Source: Candidatus Caldarchaeum sp. (GTDB taxonomy: Archaea > Thermoproteota > Nitrososphaeria_A > Caldarchaeales > Caldarchaeaceae). From it: a stretch of 64,000 bases of DNA. Location: the NCBI GenBank assembly GCA_038831915.1, contig JAWBKB010000003.1, positions 665 through 64,664 on the forward strand, written 5' to 3'. A program made the position numbers and the translations under genes. Positions 40,178 to 50,133 of this stretch are shown here, one piece after another. The first letter of the stretch is position 1, and each line of letters opens with the position of its first letter. The notes below the pieces were generated by a model. It saw nothing but the letters and a program-made list of their open reading frames with translations. It searched no databases and was not told where the DNA came from.

Positions 40178-41422
40178 ATGTCCCTCCGAAAAACCACCCC
40201 CATCTACATCGCTGTCACACTCATAATCGGTCTCCTCGCCGGATTCTTCATAGGTCAAACAGCCACGAGCGGCGCGGTTGTTGAGCGGACGGTCACGGAG
40301 CTGAGGGCTGTGACGGCAACGTTGACCGAGACACGGGTTGCGGCGACTACCGTGGTGAGGACCGAGACGGCGACTGTGACTGCTGTCGTTGAGGAGTCGT
40401 TGGTGAAGTATGCCAAGCTTTTCGACCTGCGTCGTGGCGAAGGGTATTTTCTGCTACGGGACGGTGTGAACCGGACGATTCTGCTGGTTCCGAAAGGCAT
40501 GCCTGTTCCAAATGTCAAAGCTGATGTCGTTGTTCGGACCCCTGTTGAAAGGGCGGTTCTGATGTCCGCAACCCATGTCGCCTTGGTGGAGCGGTTGCGT
40601 GAATTAGACCCCGAAATCTACTCTCGGGTCGACGCCATCATGTGGGGCCGGAGCTATGAATGGCATTTCCCCCATGTCGCGAAGCTGTTGGCGGATGGAA
40701 GGGTAAAAGACGTGGGAGCGGCATGGGCTCCTGACTACGAGCAGCTCGCCGCCATACGGCCCGACCTCGTCATGATCTACACTTTCCCCGGCGACCCTCT
40801 TGTCTCCAAGCTCGAAGAACTCAAACTACCCTACGTGGTCAACAACGAATACCTTGAGACGACGTTGCTCGGCAGGTTCGAATACATCAAGTTTGTCGCG
40901 GTCTTCTTCGGCTTGCTCGATGAAGCGAATAAGGTTTTCAGATATGTGGAGTCGAGTGTTCAGCTGACGTCTTCAAGCTGCAAACGGTTAGTCGAAGCCA
41001 ACGTGGTCAAACCACCTAAAGTGCTGTGGTTCTCCGTCTTCCGTGGAACAGTTTACGTCGCCGGCGGCGAAAGCTACGTCGCCAACGCGTTGACAGATTT
41101 GGCTGCTCAGTATCTTTTCAGAGACATTAAGGCATCTGGTTCTCGGACGGTTTCGGTTGAGGAGCTTGTCGCACGAGCCGTCGACGCCGACATCATCGTG
41201 ATATCGACAGATCTAATCACTTCGGCTGAAGACCTTCTGAAAGAAATTCCACAGCTCCGTGAATCGAAAGCATTTCAACAGAGCCGTATATACCGCTACA
41301 ACTCGAACATCTTCCAGCTGGGCTACTACGCTACCGAGGACTGGTTCCGCGAACTGGCATCGGTGCTTTATCCAGCGTATTTCCATGACTCAGCCTACGA
41401 CTTTTTCGTTTCCCTGAGATGA
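40178..41422 (+). CDS. ABC transporter substrate-binding protein, Fe-siderophore/cobalamin type, with N-terminal TM anchor and Thr-rich linker
   Basis: Periplasmic-binding-protein class III features (AWAPDYEQLAAIRPDLVM). Start taken at ATG 40178 (MSLRKTTPIYIAVTLIIG) rather than the track's 40160. Confidence 0.75.
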   Translation: MSLRKTTPIYIAVTLIIGLLAGFFIGQTATSGAVVERTVTELRAVTATLTETRVAATTVVRTETATVTAVVEESLVKYAKLFDLRRGEGYFLLRDGVNRTILLVPKGMPVPNVKADVVVRTPVERAVLMSATHVALVERLRELDPEIYSRVDAIMWGRSYEWHFPHVAKLLADGRVKDVGAAWAPDYEQLAAIRPDLVMIYTFPGDPLVSKLEELKLPYVVNNEYLETTLLGRFEYIKFVAVFFGLLDEANKVFRYVESSVQLTSSSCKRLVEANVVKPPKVLWFSVFRGTVYVAGGESYVANALTDLAAQYLFRDIKASGSRTVSVEELVARAVDADIIVISTDLITSAEDLLKEIPQLRESKAFQQSRIYRYNSNIFQLGYYATEDWFRELASVLYPAYFHDSAYDFFVSLR

Positions 41423-41428
41423 AGTGAC

Positions 41429-42430
41429 ATGCGTACCGGCGCGTTCCACCTTTTTCTCTCCTTTCTGTTTCTTTCCTTTGTTTCAGCTCTTCTTCTGGGA
41501 AGCGTACGTTTTCCGGTTCACGCTGTTTTACTTCATCTGATTGGGCTGGGTGATGGTTCCAGTCTGTTGAGCGTCGTCGTTGACCTCAGGTTGATTCGGG
41601 CCGTGGCTGCTATGTTGACAGGCGCGTCGCTGGGAATCGCGGGATGCGTTCTGCAGTCGCTTTTCCGCAACCCGTTAGCCGACCCATTCGTCCTCGGCAT
41701 TTCATCCGGCTCCACGTTCGCCATAGCGGCCACACTTGTTCTCGGAACATCTATTGGCTTGATGCAGTCATACGACCCCTACAGCCTCTACGTCGCCGGA
41801 GCAATCGGCGCCGCCGTCACATCACTAATCATTATCCTCTTCTCAACGTTCACCCGCACCGCGGTCGGGCTCGTCCTCGTCGGCGTAATGATAGGCTATT
41901 TGAACACAGGAATAACGACGCTGATAATAACGACGTCGGACGTCGAAACGATGAGGGCTTTCAGCTTCTGGACTCTGGGCACTTTCTCGGCGGCGAAATG
42001 GTCGATAGTCGAGCCAGTCGCACCGCTCACCATAGCGGGGGTTTTCGCGGCGTTTTTCGCGGCGAAGCCGTTGAACGCGTTGGCTTTCGGTGAAGAGCTT
42101 GCATCCTCGATGGGTGCATGGGTTCGCGGAGCCCGTATTCTCGCCGTCGCAGCTTCTTCATCGATTGTGGCCGCTGCGACCGTGGTCGCTGGGCCCGTCG
42201 GATTCATCGGACTCGCCGCACCTCATCTGGCGAGGCTTGCCTCAAAAACAGTCGACAACCGCTTCATCATTCCGCTGTCAGGCCTCGCAGGCGCATCACT
42301 CGCACTCGCAGCTGACATCGTCGCCAGAAACATCATGCCGCCACTCGACCTCCCCATCACAGCCATCACATCAATATTCGGCGCACCACTCATCCTGTTC
42401 CTCATACTGAGGAGAGGGAAATCAAATTGA
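41429..42430 (+). CDS. FecCD/BtuC-family ABC permease
   Basis: 333 aa, about 9 TM. GASLGIAGCVLQSLFRNPLADPFVLGISSG motif. Confidence 0.8.
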   Translation: MRTGAFHLFLSFLFLSFVSALLLGSVRFPVHAVLLHLIGLGDGSSLLSVVVDLRLIRAVAAMLTGASLGIAGCVLQSLFRNPLADPFVLGISSGSTFAIAATLVLGTSIGLMQSYDPYSLYVAGAIGAAVTSLIIILFSTFTRTAVGLVLVGVMIGYLNTGITTLIITTSDVETMRAFSFWTLGTFSAAKWSIVEPVAPLTIAGVFAAFFAAKPLNALAFGEELASSMGAWVRGARILAVAASSSIVAAATVVAGPVGFIGLAAPHLARLASKTVDNRFIIPLSGLAGASLALAADIVARNIMPPLDLPITAITSIFGAPLILFLILRRGKSN

Positions 42431-43596
42431 TCAAAACATTTCATCTATGCGTGGGATATGATGGAAAACCTGTTCTTTCGGACATCGCTGTCCATATTCC
42501 CAAAGGCCAGCTTAGCTTGGTGATAGGCCCTAACGCATCAGGTAAAACAACGTTTCTCAAAACGTTGGCCGGCCTTCTCAAACCCGTTGCGGGAACTGTG
42601 TTCGTCGGCGCGGATGAGCTTCATCGGTTGAGTAACCGTATGAAAGCCCGGCGAATCGGTGTTCTGTTAACGGGTAAACCTGACGTTGCTGGGATGGCCG
42701 TCGAAGAAGTCGTTGCTTTGGGCCGTTATCCATGGACGGGCCCTGTCCATCTTCTCACAGCCCGCGACTATCAAATCATTTCAACAGTCATGGAGAAAAC
42801 AGGTATCTCGGCTATCCGAGGAAGAAGGATTCACGAAATCAGCGACGGCCAGCTTCAACGCGTGATGATCGCGAGAGCTCTCGCGCAGGAGCCTGAAATC
42901 CTGATACTCGATGAGCCCACCACGCATCTCGACGCCAAATCACGCATCGAAATCCTAACATTCCTCAGAAAACTCGCACAAGAGGAAAACATGACCGTCC
43001 TCGCATCCACACATGAGCTTGAGCTCGCGTTCAGGTTTGCCGACAATCTTCTCCTGGTTTCCGATGGCCAGGTAGTCGTGTCTGACAACCCCGAAGAACT
43101 CGTCAACACACCGGCTTTTCAACATGCTTTCGGTTTCAACGGTGAATTGACTCTTTCGCCGACCACTTTGTCCATCGAATTTAGGCAGAACACAGCCGCT
43201 AAGGGCCCTGCTGCGTTCGTCATCGCGGGCGGTGGCACCGGTGCGAAAACTTACCGCATGCTGTTGAAGCAAGGGATTCAAGTGGTTTCAGGGATATTGC
43301 ATGAAAACGACATCGACCACCACATCGCATCCATGCTCGGCGTCGAAACAATAACCGAAAAACCCTTCCAGAAAATCTCCGAGGAAACATTCCAGAAAGC
43401 CGTGAAAAAAATGCTTTCATGCAGCATGGTCTTCTACACCGACCCGCCAATCGCCGAAACGAACAGACGCAACCTCGAGCTTTTCGAAAAAGCGGTTGAA
43501 AACAACATACCAACATTTCGGCCAAACGCGGTTCCATACACGGCCATGAAGAAGGCGTGGTTGCCGCCGACCGCGGCTTTGTCGACGCCAGAATAA
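42427..43596 (+). CDS. ABC ATP-binding protein (FepC/BtuD-like) with extra about 140-aa C-terminal domain
   Basis: Walker A GPNASGKTT, signature ISDGQLQR, Walker B ILILDEP. C-terminal extension of unknown type. Confidence 0.8.
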   Translation: MIKTFHLCVGYDGKPVLSDIAVHIPKGQLSLVIGPNASGKTTFLKTLAGLLKPVAGTVFVGADELHRLSNRMKARRIGVLLTGKPDVAGMAVEEVVALGRYPWTGPVHLLTARDYQIISTVMEKTGISAIRGRRIHEISDGQLQRVMIARALAQEPEILILDEPTTHLDAKSRIEILTFLRKLAQEENMTVLASTHELELAFRFADNLLLVSDGQVVVSDNPEELVNTPAFQHAFGFNGELTLSPTTLSIEFRQNTAAKGPAAFVIAGGGTGAKTYRMLLKQGIQVVSGILHENDIDHHIASMLGVETITEKPFQKISEETFQKAVKKMLSCSMVFYTDPPIAETNRRNLELFEKAVENNIPTFRPNAVPYTAMKKAWLPPTAALSTPE

Positions 43597-43714
43597 TGAA
43601 GACCGCTGTGTGGGATGGGTTTTCAAATTAGGATGAGGAACTAAACGCTTTTGAAATCCATGATTGCTTCCAGCGAATGTTCCGAATGCAGCGACAAGTT
43701 GATACGTGATAGTT

Positions 43715-43903
43715 TCATGGTTTGGATTCGACTTGAGCTTGGGCGAGTTTTTTCCTCGCCTTGAGAAGCAGCTGGCCGAAAGTGCTGTCAGGGACGAAGT
43801 GAATGGGATGGGGTGAAACGGTTTTTTCGCCGCATTTTGGACAGACCTCTTTCAGCGTGTAGGTACTACATGTTGGACATTTACGCAGCCGACCGGCTTT
43901 CAA
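43715..43903 (-). CDS. nop10: H/ACA ribonucleoprotein subunit Nop10
   Basis: 62 aa. RKCPTCSTYTLKEVCPKCGEKTVSPHP matches the Nop10 zinc-ribbon consensus. Confidence 0.7.
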   Translation of the reverse strand: MKAGRLRKCPTCSTYTLKEVCPKCGEKTVSPHPIHFVPDSTFGQLLLKARKKLAQAQVESKP

Positions 43904-43961
43904 TAGCTTGTAAACATTCGTGGAAAGCTATAAACACATCCAATAACTGGCATGCGTAGAG

Positions 43962-44687
43962 ATGAAGCCGTTGGTGTTGTGCGGCGGAGAAGGAAGCAGG
44001 CTCCGCCCACTCACATATTATTTTCAGAAAACCATGGTTCCCATCGGACGTGAGCAAAAACCATTACTCGAATACATTCTCCGCCACATCAAAATGCACG
44101 GCTTCAACGAAGCCGTTCTCCTTATCGGATATAAGGGAGAGCAGGTCGTCAACTACTTCGGCGACGGCGAAAGAGTTGGGCTTCGCCTCCGCTACGTATG
44201 GGACCCGGAAAACGTGAAAGGAACTTTGGCTTCGCTGCGGAACGCGTTGCGGCTGAAGGCTTTCGAAAGAATCGATTCCCTGCTAATCTACTACGGCGAC
44301 ATACTGACCAACCTCAACCTCCGTGAACTCGTCGACACACATTTCGAGCAAAAAGCAGCGGCAACACTCGCTCTTTCACCAGGCTACCAGCTGCCCGTCG
44401 GAGTAGCCGAAGTAGCGAACGGCCTTGTCTATGAAATGCGTGAAAAACCATCCATCCCCATCAACGTCACGATAGGCATCCTCACACTCGAAGCCCGCGT
44501 CATCAACGAATATGACAACCTCACAGACATCATGTCCGACCTAATCCCCCACCTCATCAAACAGGGCGAAAAAGTCGCAGCATACATCTCCGACTGTTTC
44601 TGGTACGACGTCGGCTCAACCGAAAAATACGAAAAACTTTCCAACGAAGACATCGACAAATATCTCAGCGCGATTCTCAAAGCATGA
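43962..44687 (+). CDS. Sugar-phosphate nucleotidyltransferase (NTP_transferase family)
   Basis: MKPLVLCGGEGSRLRPLT (G-rich N-terminal motif). 241 aa. Confidence 0.75.
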   Translation: MKPLVLCGGEGSRLRPLTYYFQKTMVPIGREQKPLLEYILRHIKMHGFNEAVLLIGYKGEQVVNYFGDGERVGLRLRYVWDPENVKGTLASLRNALRLKAFERIDSLLIYYGDILTNLNLRELVDTHFEQKAAATLALSPGYQLPVGVAEVANGLVYEMREKPSIPINVTIGILTLEARVINEYDNLTDIMSDLIPHLIKQGEKVAAYISDCFWYDVGSTEKYEKLSNEDIDKYLSAILKA

Positions 44688-44792
44688 AAAACGGAGAGCG
44701 GTTTATTTCTTGTCAGGTTGCAGACACGGGCTTCGGTGCCGGTGTCTGAGGTTTAGCGACACGTCAAAATACCGGTATGTCGTCGTAGAGCC

Positions 44793-45185
44793 ATGGTCTT
44801 AGACGAGCAAGCCCTGAAGCTGATTCAGGGCCGGAACTTCGCTTTTCTCGGCACAGTCAACGCAGACGGCTCGCCGCAGGTAACCCCGGTTTGGATAGAC
44901 GAAGAAGACGGATATCTACTCGTCAACACGGTGGTCGGCAGGGTGAAAGAACGAAACACACGGAGAGACCCACGCGTAACGATTGCCATCCCCGACCGAA
45001 TGAATTTATACCGCTATCTTTACGTCAAAGGCCGCGTCGTCGACCGCATCACGGGGCAGAAAGCCGAAGACCACATCGACAAACTCGCCGTAAAATACAC
45101 CGGCGACAAATTCAAATGGCGACGGCCTAGCGACACACGCGTCATCCTCAAAATCCAGCCCGAAGAAGCCAAAATGCTCGGATAA
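44793..45185 (+). CDS. Pyridoxamine 5'-phosphate oxidase-like FMN/F420-binding split-barrel protein
   Basis: 130 aa. FAFLGTVNADGSPQVTPVW pattern typical of the PPOX class. Confidence 0.55.
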   Translation: MVLDEQALKLIQGRNFAFLGTVNADGSPQVTPVWIDEEDGYLLVNTVVGRVKERNTRRDPRVTIAIPDRMNLYRYLYVKGRVVDRITGQKAEDHIDKLAVKYTGDKFKWRRPSDTRVILKIQPEEAKMLG

Positions 45186-45425
45186 AAATCTACCACAGCC
45201 TGTCGAGTTTTTCGTCAACTATTCTTTCTTAAAGCGGTTCCAGCCATCCCTTCACAGCTGAGGCGATTCCTCGATGGTCGTCCCGAATACATTTCAAAAG
45301 AAACCGATGGATGGACGTGAAATGTTTAGCAGTTTTCATCCACCGATGACCGAGCAAGGACCTAAATTTGCCGACAGGCTTTGAATGAACATGTTTGCGA
45401 GTTTTCCGGGTTGGTGGTGGGTTGA

Positions 45426-46421
45426 ATGGATTCGATTGTTGTTGAAAACCTTGTCAAGAAATTCGGCGGCGTCACGGCTGTTGACGACGTGAGCTTTTCA
45501 GTTGGTGAGGGAGAGCTTTTCGGGTTTCTCGGGCCCAACGGAGCGGGCAAAACAACAACCATCAACATTCTCACGACCTTGGTCAAGCCGACCTCGGGAA
45601 AAGCCATCGTCGCCGGATACGATGTTGCGACACAGGCCAACCAGGTCCGCAAACACGTCGGACTTGTTCCACAGGAGCTGACCGTCGACGACGACCTCAC
45701 AGGTTTGGAAAACTTGATGCTTCAAGCAGGTCTATACCACATCCCAGCAAGCGAAGCACGGAAACGCGCCAAAGAACTTCTCGAACTCGTGGGGCTTACC
45801 GAAGCGGCGAACAGAAAAGTTGAAACCTATTCGGGCGGGATGAGAAAACGCCTCGACCTCGCATCGGGCCTCCTACATCATCCTGAAATTCTTTTCCTCG
45901 ACGAGCCGACGCTGGGCCTCGACGTGGCGACACGCGCCGTGATATGGGACTACATCAGAAAACTTCAGAAAGAAACCGGCACAACCGTTTTCATGACCAC
46001 CCACTACATGGATGAAGCCGATGCTCTCTGCCAAAGAATAGCCATCATTGACCGTGGAAAAATAAAGGCGGTCGATTCTCCGGAAAGGCTGAAGTCGATG
46101 ATCGGCGGCGACATCATAGAGCTGGAGCTTCTGGAGAACGGAGTCGACGCGGGAAAGATTCTTGCAGAGATTGAAGGAGTGGGTCGACATAGTTTTTCCG
46201 ACGGTGTTCACCGGTTGACCGTTGAGGGAGGAGACCGCGTTCTTCCACTCATTCTTGAAGAATTGATGCGACACGGTGTCCGCGTCAAAAAAGTTAGCAT
46301 GAGTAAGCCTTCGCTCGAAGAAGTCTTTCTCGAATTCACGGGTAGGAAGCTACGCGACGAAGCGGGAAGCTGGGAAGAAGCCTTTAGACGGAGAGTTGTT
46401 TTGCGGAGGGCCCGGTCATGA
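45426..46421 (+). CDS. ABC transporter ATP-binding protein (ABC-2/DrrA-like exporter)
   Basis: Walker A GPNGAGKTT, signature YSGGMRKR, Walker B LFLDEPT. Confidence 0.85.
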   Translation: MDSIVVENLVKKFGGVTAVDDVSFSVGEGELFGFLGPNGAGKTTTINILTTLVKPTSGKAIVAGYDVATQANQVRKHVGLVPQELTVDDDLTGLENLMLQAGLYHIPASEARKRAKELLELVGLTEAANRKVETYSGGMRKRLDLASGLLHHPEILFLDEPTLGLDVATRAVIWDYIRKLQKETGTTVFMTTHYMDEADALCQRIAIIDRGKIKAVDSPERLKSMIGGDIIELELLENGVDAGKILAEIEGVGRHSFSDGVHRLTVEGGDRVLPLILEELMRHGVRVKKVSMSKPSLEEVFLEFTGRKLRDEAGSWEEAFRRRVVLRRARS

Positions 46422-47290
46422 GCGAAGTCGTCGGCGAAATACGTGTTTTGTTCATGCGTGAAATGAAGAAATGGTATCGTTCGCCGTTTCTAATGTTTTT
46501 CACCTTGATTCAGCCAATCATCTGGATGGGGTTGTTCGGCAAAGCCTTCAACCTAACCGGGTTGATGCAGATCCCTGACGAAGTGTTGAACAGGCTTCCA
46601 CCCGCCGTCACAGCTCAGATAGCGGACGTCTTCAACTCTTTGTTGACACGGTTTTTCGGCGTGGCAAACATCGATTACTTCAGCTACATTTCAGTCGGAA
46701 TGCTAACCATTACCGTGCTTTTCACCTCGATGAGCAGCGGCATGGGAATAGCATGGGACAGAAGACTTGGGTTCCTCAACAAACTTCTCGCCGCACCGAT
46801 CTGGCGCGGCTCCATAATCATTTCCCGGGTTTTCGCAGGCGTTGTAAGAGCCGTCTTTCAAGCGACTCTGCTCCTACTCGTCGCACTTGCTTTCGGAGCA
46901 AAGTTCAACGTTCTGCTTCCCTACGGGCCGTTCACCGCTTTCGCCGCCGTGTCGCTCCTCGCACTCGGCCTCACATCGCTTTTCATCGCCATAGGAGTCC
47001 GGCTCAAATCATGGGAATCACAGACCGCCGTCATGAACCTCCTCAACCTACCGCTGATGTTCGCCAGCAACGCACTGTACCCCATCAACCTAATGCCTGA
47101 ATGGCTCCAAACCATCGCGAGAATAAACCCAATCAGCTACGCGGTCAACGCTCTTCGACAATCCCTCCTCTACGGCGAAGCAGCAAACATCGCAGCACTC
47201 ACCACAGACCTGCTCGCCGTCTCGTTGTTCGGCGTCACGCTGGCCCTCATAAGCTCCTACGTCGCGGGAAACATGTTAAGAAAAAGCTAA
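46418..47290 (+). CDS. ABC-2 type transporter permease
   Basis: 290 aa, 6 TM. Start overlaps the ATPase stop. Confidence 0.7.
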   Translation: MSEVVGEIRVLFMREMKKWYRSPFLMFFTLIQPIIWMGLFGKAFNLTGLMQIPDEVLNRLPPAVTAQIADVFNSLLTRFFGVANIDYFSYISVGMLTITVLFTSMSSGMGIAWDRRLGFLNKLLAAPIWRGSIIISRVFAGVVRAVFQATLLLLVALAFGAKFNVLLPYGPFTAFAAVSLLALGLTSLFIAIGVRLKSWESQTAVMNLLNLPLMFASNALYPINLMPEWLQTIARINPISYAVNALRQSLLYGEAANIAALTTDLLAVSLFGVTLALISSYVAGNMLRKS

Positions 47291-47296
47291 AAAAAT

Positions 47297-48145
47297 TTAC
47301 CGCCAAATTCGGCACAAAGCTTCGTAGTCTTCCTCAGACAGCCGCCAACCAGCGGCTCCCGCGTTTTCCTCGATGTGTTCTTTCTTCAACGCCTTGGGAA
47401 TGGTGATGATGTTCGGCTTCCAGATAACCCAGTTCAACGCGACCTGTGCCGGTGTTTTGCCGTATTTCGCCGCTGTTTCCTCAAGTTTCCGCCCCTTCTC
47501 CGACCGGTCTGTTAGTAACCGGCCTTTACCGAGCGGTGTATAGGCAACAATAGTTATTCCGTTTTTCTCACAAAAAGGCAGCAGTTCACGTTCAATTGCT
47601 CTGTTTTCAAGGCTGTAGCTCACCTGGTTCGAAACGATTTCCTCACTTTTCATGGCTTCCATGGCTTCCTCAAGAAGAGGCACGTCGAAGTTGCTCACGC
47701 CGATGTATCGAACAAGCCCGTCCTTAACCAATTTCTCCATCGCCTTCATGGTTTCCGATATTGGAATCCGTGGGTTCGGCCAGTGCATCATATATAGGTC
47801 AACGTATTTGAGCTGAAGCCTTTCAAGGCTCTTCCTACACGAGGCTATCACGTTTTCATATCGGAGGTTTGTGTGCCAAACTTTGGTGGCTACGAAGACG
47901 TCGTCGCGTGGAAAATTTTTTATTGCTTTTCCGACGAGTTCTTCGGAATGACCCGCAGCGTAAAATTCAGCCGTGTCGATGTGGTTCATTCCAAGCTCGA
48001 CGGCGTAGCGAATGGCTTCGACAGCTTTGTTGTCCATGCTGTAGTCAGGTGTTTCCCACCCCCCTATTCCCCAAGTTCCGAAACCTATGGCAGCGACGCA
48101 TTCGCCTGTTTTCCCCAACATTTTCTTCTCCATGCCGTTGTTCAC
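47297..48145 (-). CDS. Aldo/keto reductase
   Basis: 282 aa. IDTAEFY, LYMMHWP, AKR catalytic tetrad context. Confidence 0.85.
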   Translation of the reverse strand: MNNGMEKKMLGKTGECVAAIGFGTWGIGGWETPDYSMDNKAVEAIRYAVELGMNHIDTAEFYAAGHSEELVGKAIKNFPRDDVFVATKVWHTNLRYENVIASCRKSLERLQLKYVDLYMMHWPNPRIPISETMKAMEKLVKDGLVRYIGVSNFDVPLLEEAMEAMKSEEIVSNQVSYSLENRAIERELLPFCEKNGITIVAYTPLGKGRLLTDRSEKGRKLEETAAKYGKTPAQVALNWVIWKPNIITIPKALKKEHIEENAGAAGWRLSEEDYEALCRIWR

Positions 48146-48187
48146 ACTCCTTAGAACATTTAAAACGTTGTGGAAAACATTTGACCT

Positions 48188-48463
48188 GTGTCCGACGACG
48201 CTGACTACTGGATAATCAAAATTCCGAAGCCGCGTAAAATTCTCCGCATCTTTGCAAAGATAGGTCTTTTCATGGGAAACGTTTTCTCACGTAGCTTCAG
48301 TGTCGACGTTCCCCTTATCTTGATCACTTCGCTTCTCGTAGGGGTTGTTTTGTTCATCATGTTCACCGTGGTTTTCCGCATCCCCGATTTTGTTGCAGCT
48401 GTCTTCACGGCGTTGCTCATACTGCTTTACCTACTTGTTCTGAGACGGGAAATGGGCAGGTGA
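48188..48463 (+). CDS. Small membrane protein (2 TM)
   Basis: 91 aa hydrophobic ORF. Confidence 0.3.
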   Translation: MSDDADYWIIKIPKPRKILRIFAKIGLFMGNVFSRSFSVDVPLILITSLLVGVVLFIMFTVVFRIPDFVAAVFTALLILLYLLVLRREMGR

Positions 48464-48823
48464 TGTCCATCTCCAGAAAAAAGCCGCGTCGGCACGTGGT
48501 TTCATAAAGTTGGCGCCGTAAACCGCGAGAGTAAGAGCCATGACGTAATCGTAGTGCTCGCCGACCGGTGCGCCGTATCTCACATGACCGTCCTTGAATG
48601 TCTGCTCAAAATGCCGTAGCTGCTTTATGAGCGTTGTTTCGCCGGCTGGGATGATGAGTTTCCTTTCGAGAACGGTGCTGCAAAGGTTTTTCACAAGCGA
48701 TTCCTTAACGGCTCTGGTAATGGTGACAGGCATGACCGGGGGCAGCTTTTTCTGAAGGAATTCTGAAAACGGCGCCCCCATCCCCGTGATGTCAACAACT
48801 ACCACCGCAGGCTTGAGAATCAA
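48431..48823 (-). CDS. Putative RNase H-fold (RuvC/terminase-nuclease-like) domain protein
   Basis: VVVVDITGMG (beta1 Asp), PAGE, and C-terminal GEHYDYVMALTLAVYG resembling the H..D..A..A motif of RuvC/terminase nucleases. TTG start. Separated from upstream ORF by a single in-frame TAA. Confidence 0.3.
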   Translation of the reverse strand: MILKPAVVVVDITGMGAPFSEFLQKKLPPVMPVTITRAVKESLVKNLCSTVLERKLIIPAGETTLIKQLRHFEQTFKDGHVRYGAPVGEHYDYVMALTLAVYGANFMKPRADAAFFWRWTSPAHFPSQNK

Positions 48824-48850
48824 GGGAGCCTCTTCGATGGCTTTGAGCTG

Positions 48851-49126
48851 TTATTCAAATTTCGCAAACGCCTTCACACACCCGGTTACAAAGTCCTGCA
48901 GCCTAGTGCCGACTTCAAACAACGCGATGCCCAGCCCACGTTTCAAAGCACCGCTGAAAACTCCAAACGCCGACGACAGTTTCTCCGCTTCACGGATACC
49001 TGCGTCACCCAAAGCATGAAGCTGCGTCTTCGCATAGGCTATCGTCTTGACCAATTGGTTCTCAGCCTTGAGAAGAACTTTGACTGTGAAGTTAGGCTGA
49101 GCCATCGGAAGCTTTGTCCAGAACAT
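48851..49126 (-). CDS. Hypothetical alpha-helical protein, in frame with downstream nuclease-like ORF
   Basis: 91 aa. Stop TAA at 48851..48853 is followed in frame by the 48431..48823 ORF. Confidence 0.3.
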   Translation of the reverse strand: MFWTKLPMAQPNFTVKVLLKAENQLVKTIAYAKTQLHALGDAGIREAEKLSSAFGVFSGALKRGLGIALFEVGTRLQDFVTGCVKAFAKFE

Positions 49127-49165
49127 CGATTATAGCGTTCAGCAAAATTGTAGACGACTGATACA

Positions 49166-49441
49166 TTGTTGACATGTGGAGAAGTCACTTTGACATGCCC
49201 TGTCTGCTGTGGCACAAACCTACTACACGCAAAAATCGAGTCAAACATTCCACCAAACATTCCACAGGCCTTTGAATGCCTCTACTGCCAAACACAGTTC
49301 AGCATTCTCAAGCCTCAGATTTTGGAGTTTGAGGTTTCATGTGAAGAAAGCCGTGAAGAACGGCAGAAGAAAATTAAACGGCGACGCAATTTAGCGGAAA
49401 TTCTCGACGGAATTCTACTCGGATGGCTTCTACGCAAATAA
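49166..49441 (+). CDS. Small Cys-rich (zinc-ribbon-like) protein
   Basis: CPVCCG...CLYCQ pairs, basic C-terminus. Confidence 0.25.
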   Translation: MLTCGEVTLTCPVCCGTNLLHAKIESNIPPNIPQAFECLYCQTQFSILKPQILEFEVSCEESREERQKKIKRRRNLAEILDGILLGWLLRK

Positions 49442-49483
49442 ACCCTTTTCTCCCGCTTATCGTTGCTCGATGGGTTATTTGGC

Positions 49484-50056
49484 TTAGTTTCTCGGTGTGT
49501 AGAGTGTCCATGTTGATGGGTTGAATTCGTTTCGGAAATCACGGATTTCAGCGTATCGGTTCACCACCAGCCAGAGGTTGACGTTGAGCACATGTGTCGC
49601 GTTGTAATCAACGTAAACCACGGCCACTAAGCGGTTGTAGCTGTCCATCACAGCGACGTCGTCAACATCGAGATAAACCGTTTTGCCTTCAATCAACCCA
49701 CGTAACGCGTTCGTCGCCTCCATGTATCCTGGCTGGTTTCTTTCAGGAGTGTTGATGTCCGCCAGCCTTACACGTCCCGACGGAAAGCCGTCGAAAGTAT
49801 CACCGTCAACAACACGAATAACCCTCGCAACCATGTCGGCTGGCTTCCCCCCTATCGACACAAGGCCCGCCGTGGTTGTCCGCGTCGTCGTCAACGTCGT
49901 CGTCTGCACAATGGTCGAGACAATTGTCGCTGTTTGAGTTCTATCAACTGTCAAAGTTCTCGTAACAGTCGGCTGCTGAGATGTTCCCGCGAGCAGATAT
50001 CCCGCGAGGAACGCGACAGCGATTAACGCTACTACAGTCGTGGCTGAAAGCCGCAT
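49484..50056 (-). CDS. Membrane-anchored thermonuclease (staphylococcal nuclease, SNase-like)
   Basis: N-terminal TM, Thr-rich linker, then VIRVVDGDTFDG...VRLADINTPE SNase catalytic motifs. Confidence 0.75.
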   Translation of the reverse strand: MRLSATTVVALIAVAFLAGYLLAGTSQQPTVTRTLTVDRTQTATIVSTIVQTTTLTTTRTTTAGLVSIGGKPADMVARVIRVVDGDTFDGFPSGRVRLADINTPERNQPGYMEATNALRGLIEGKTVYLDVDDVAVMDSYNRLVAVVYVDYNATHVLNVNLWLVVNRYAEIRDFRNEFNPSTWTLYTPRN

Positions 50057-50133
50057 AACAAGTTTGCAATGCTCATTTAAATATACCTAATGCTTAATCG
50101 CCTGTCAGCGTAATATCGTGATGGAGATAGGGG

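Noticed and set aside
45362-45725. Minus-strand ORFs overlapping the ABC ATPase gene start
   Set aside because: Antisense to a strongly supported Walker-A-containing CDS.
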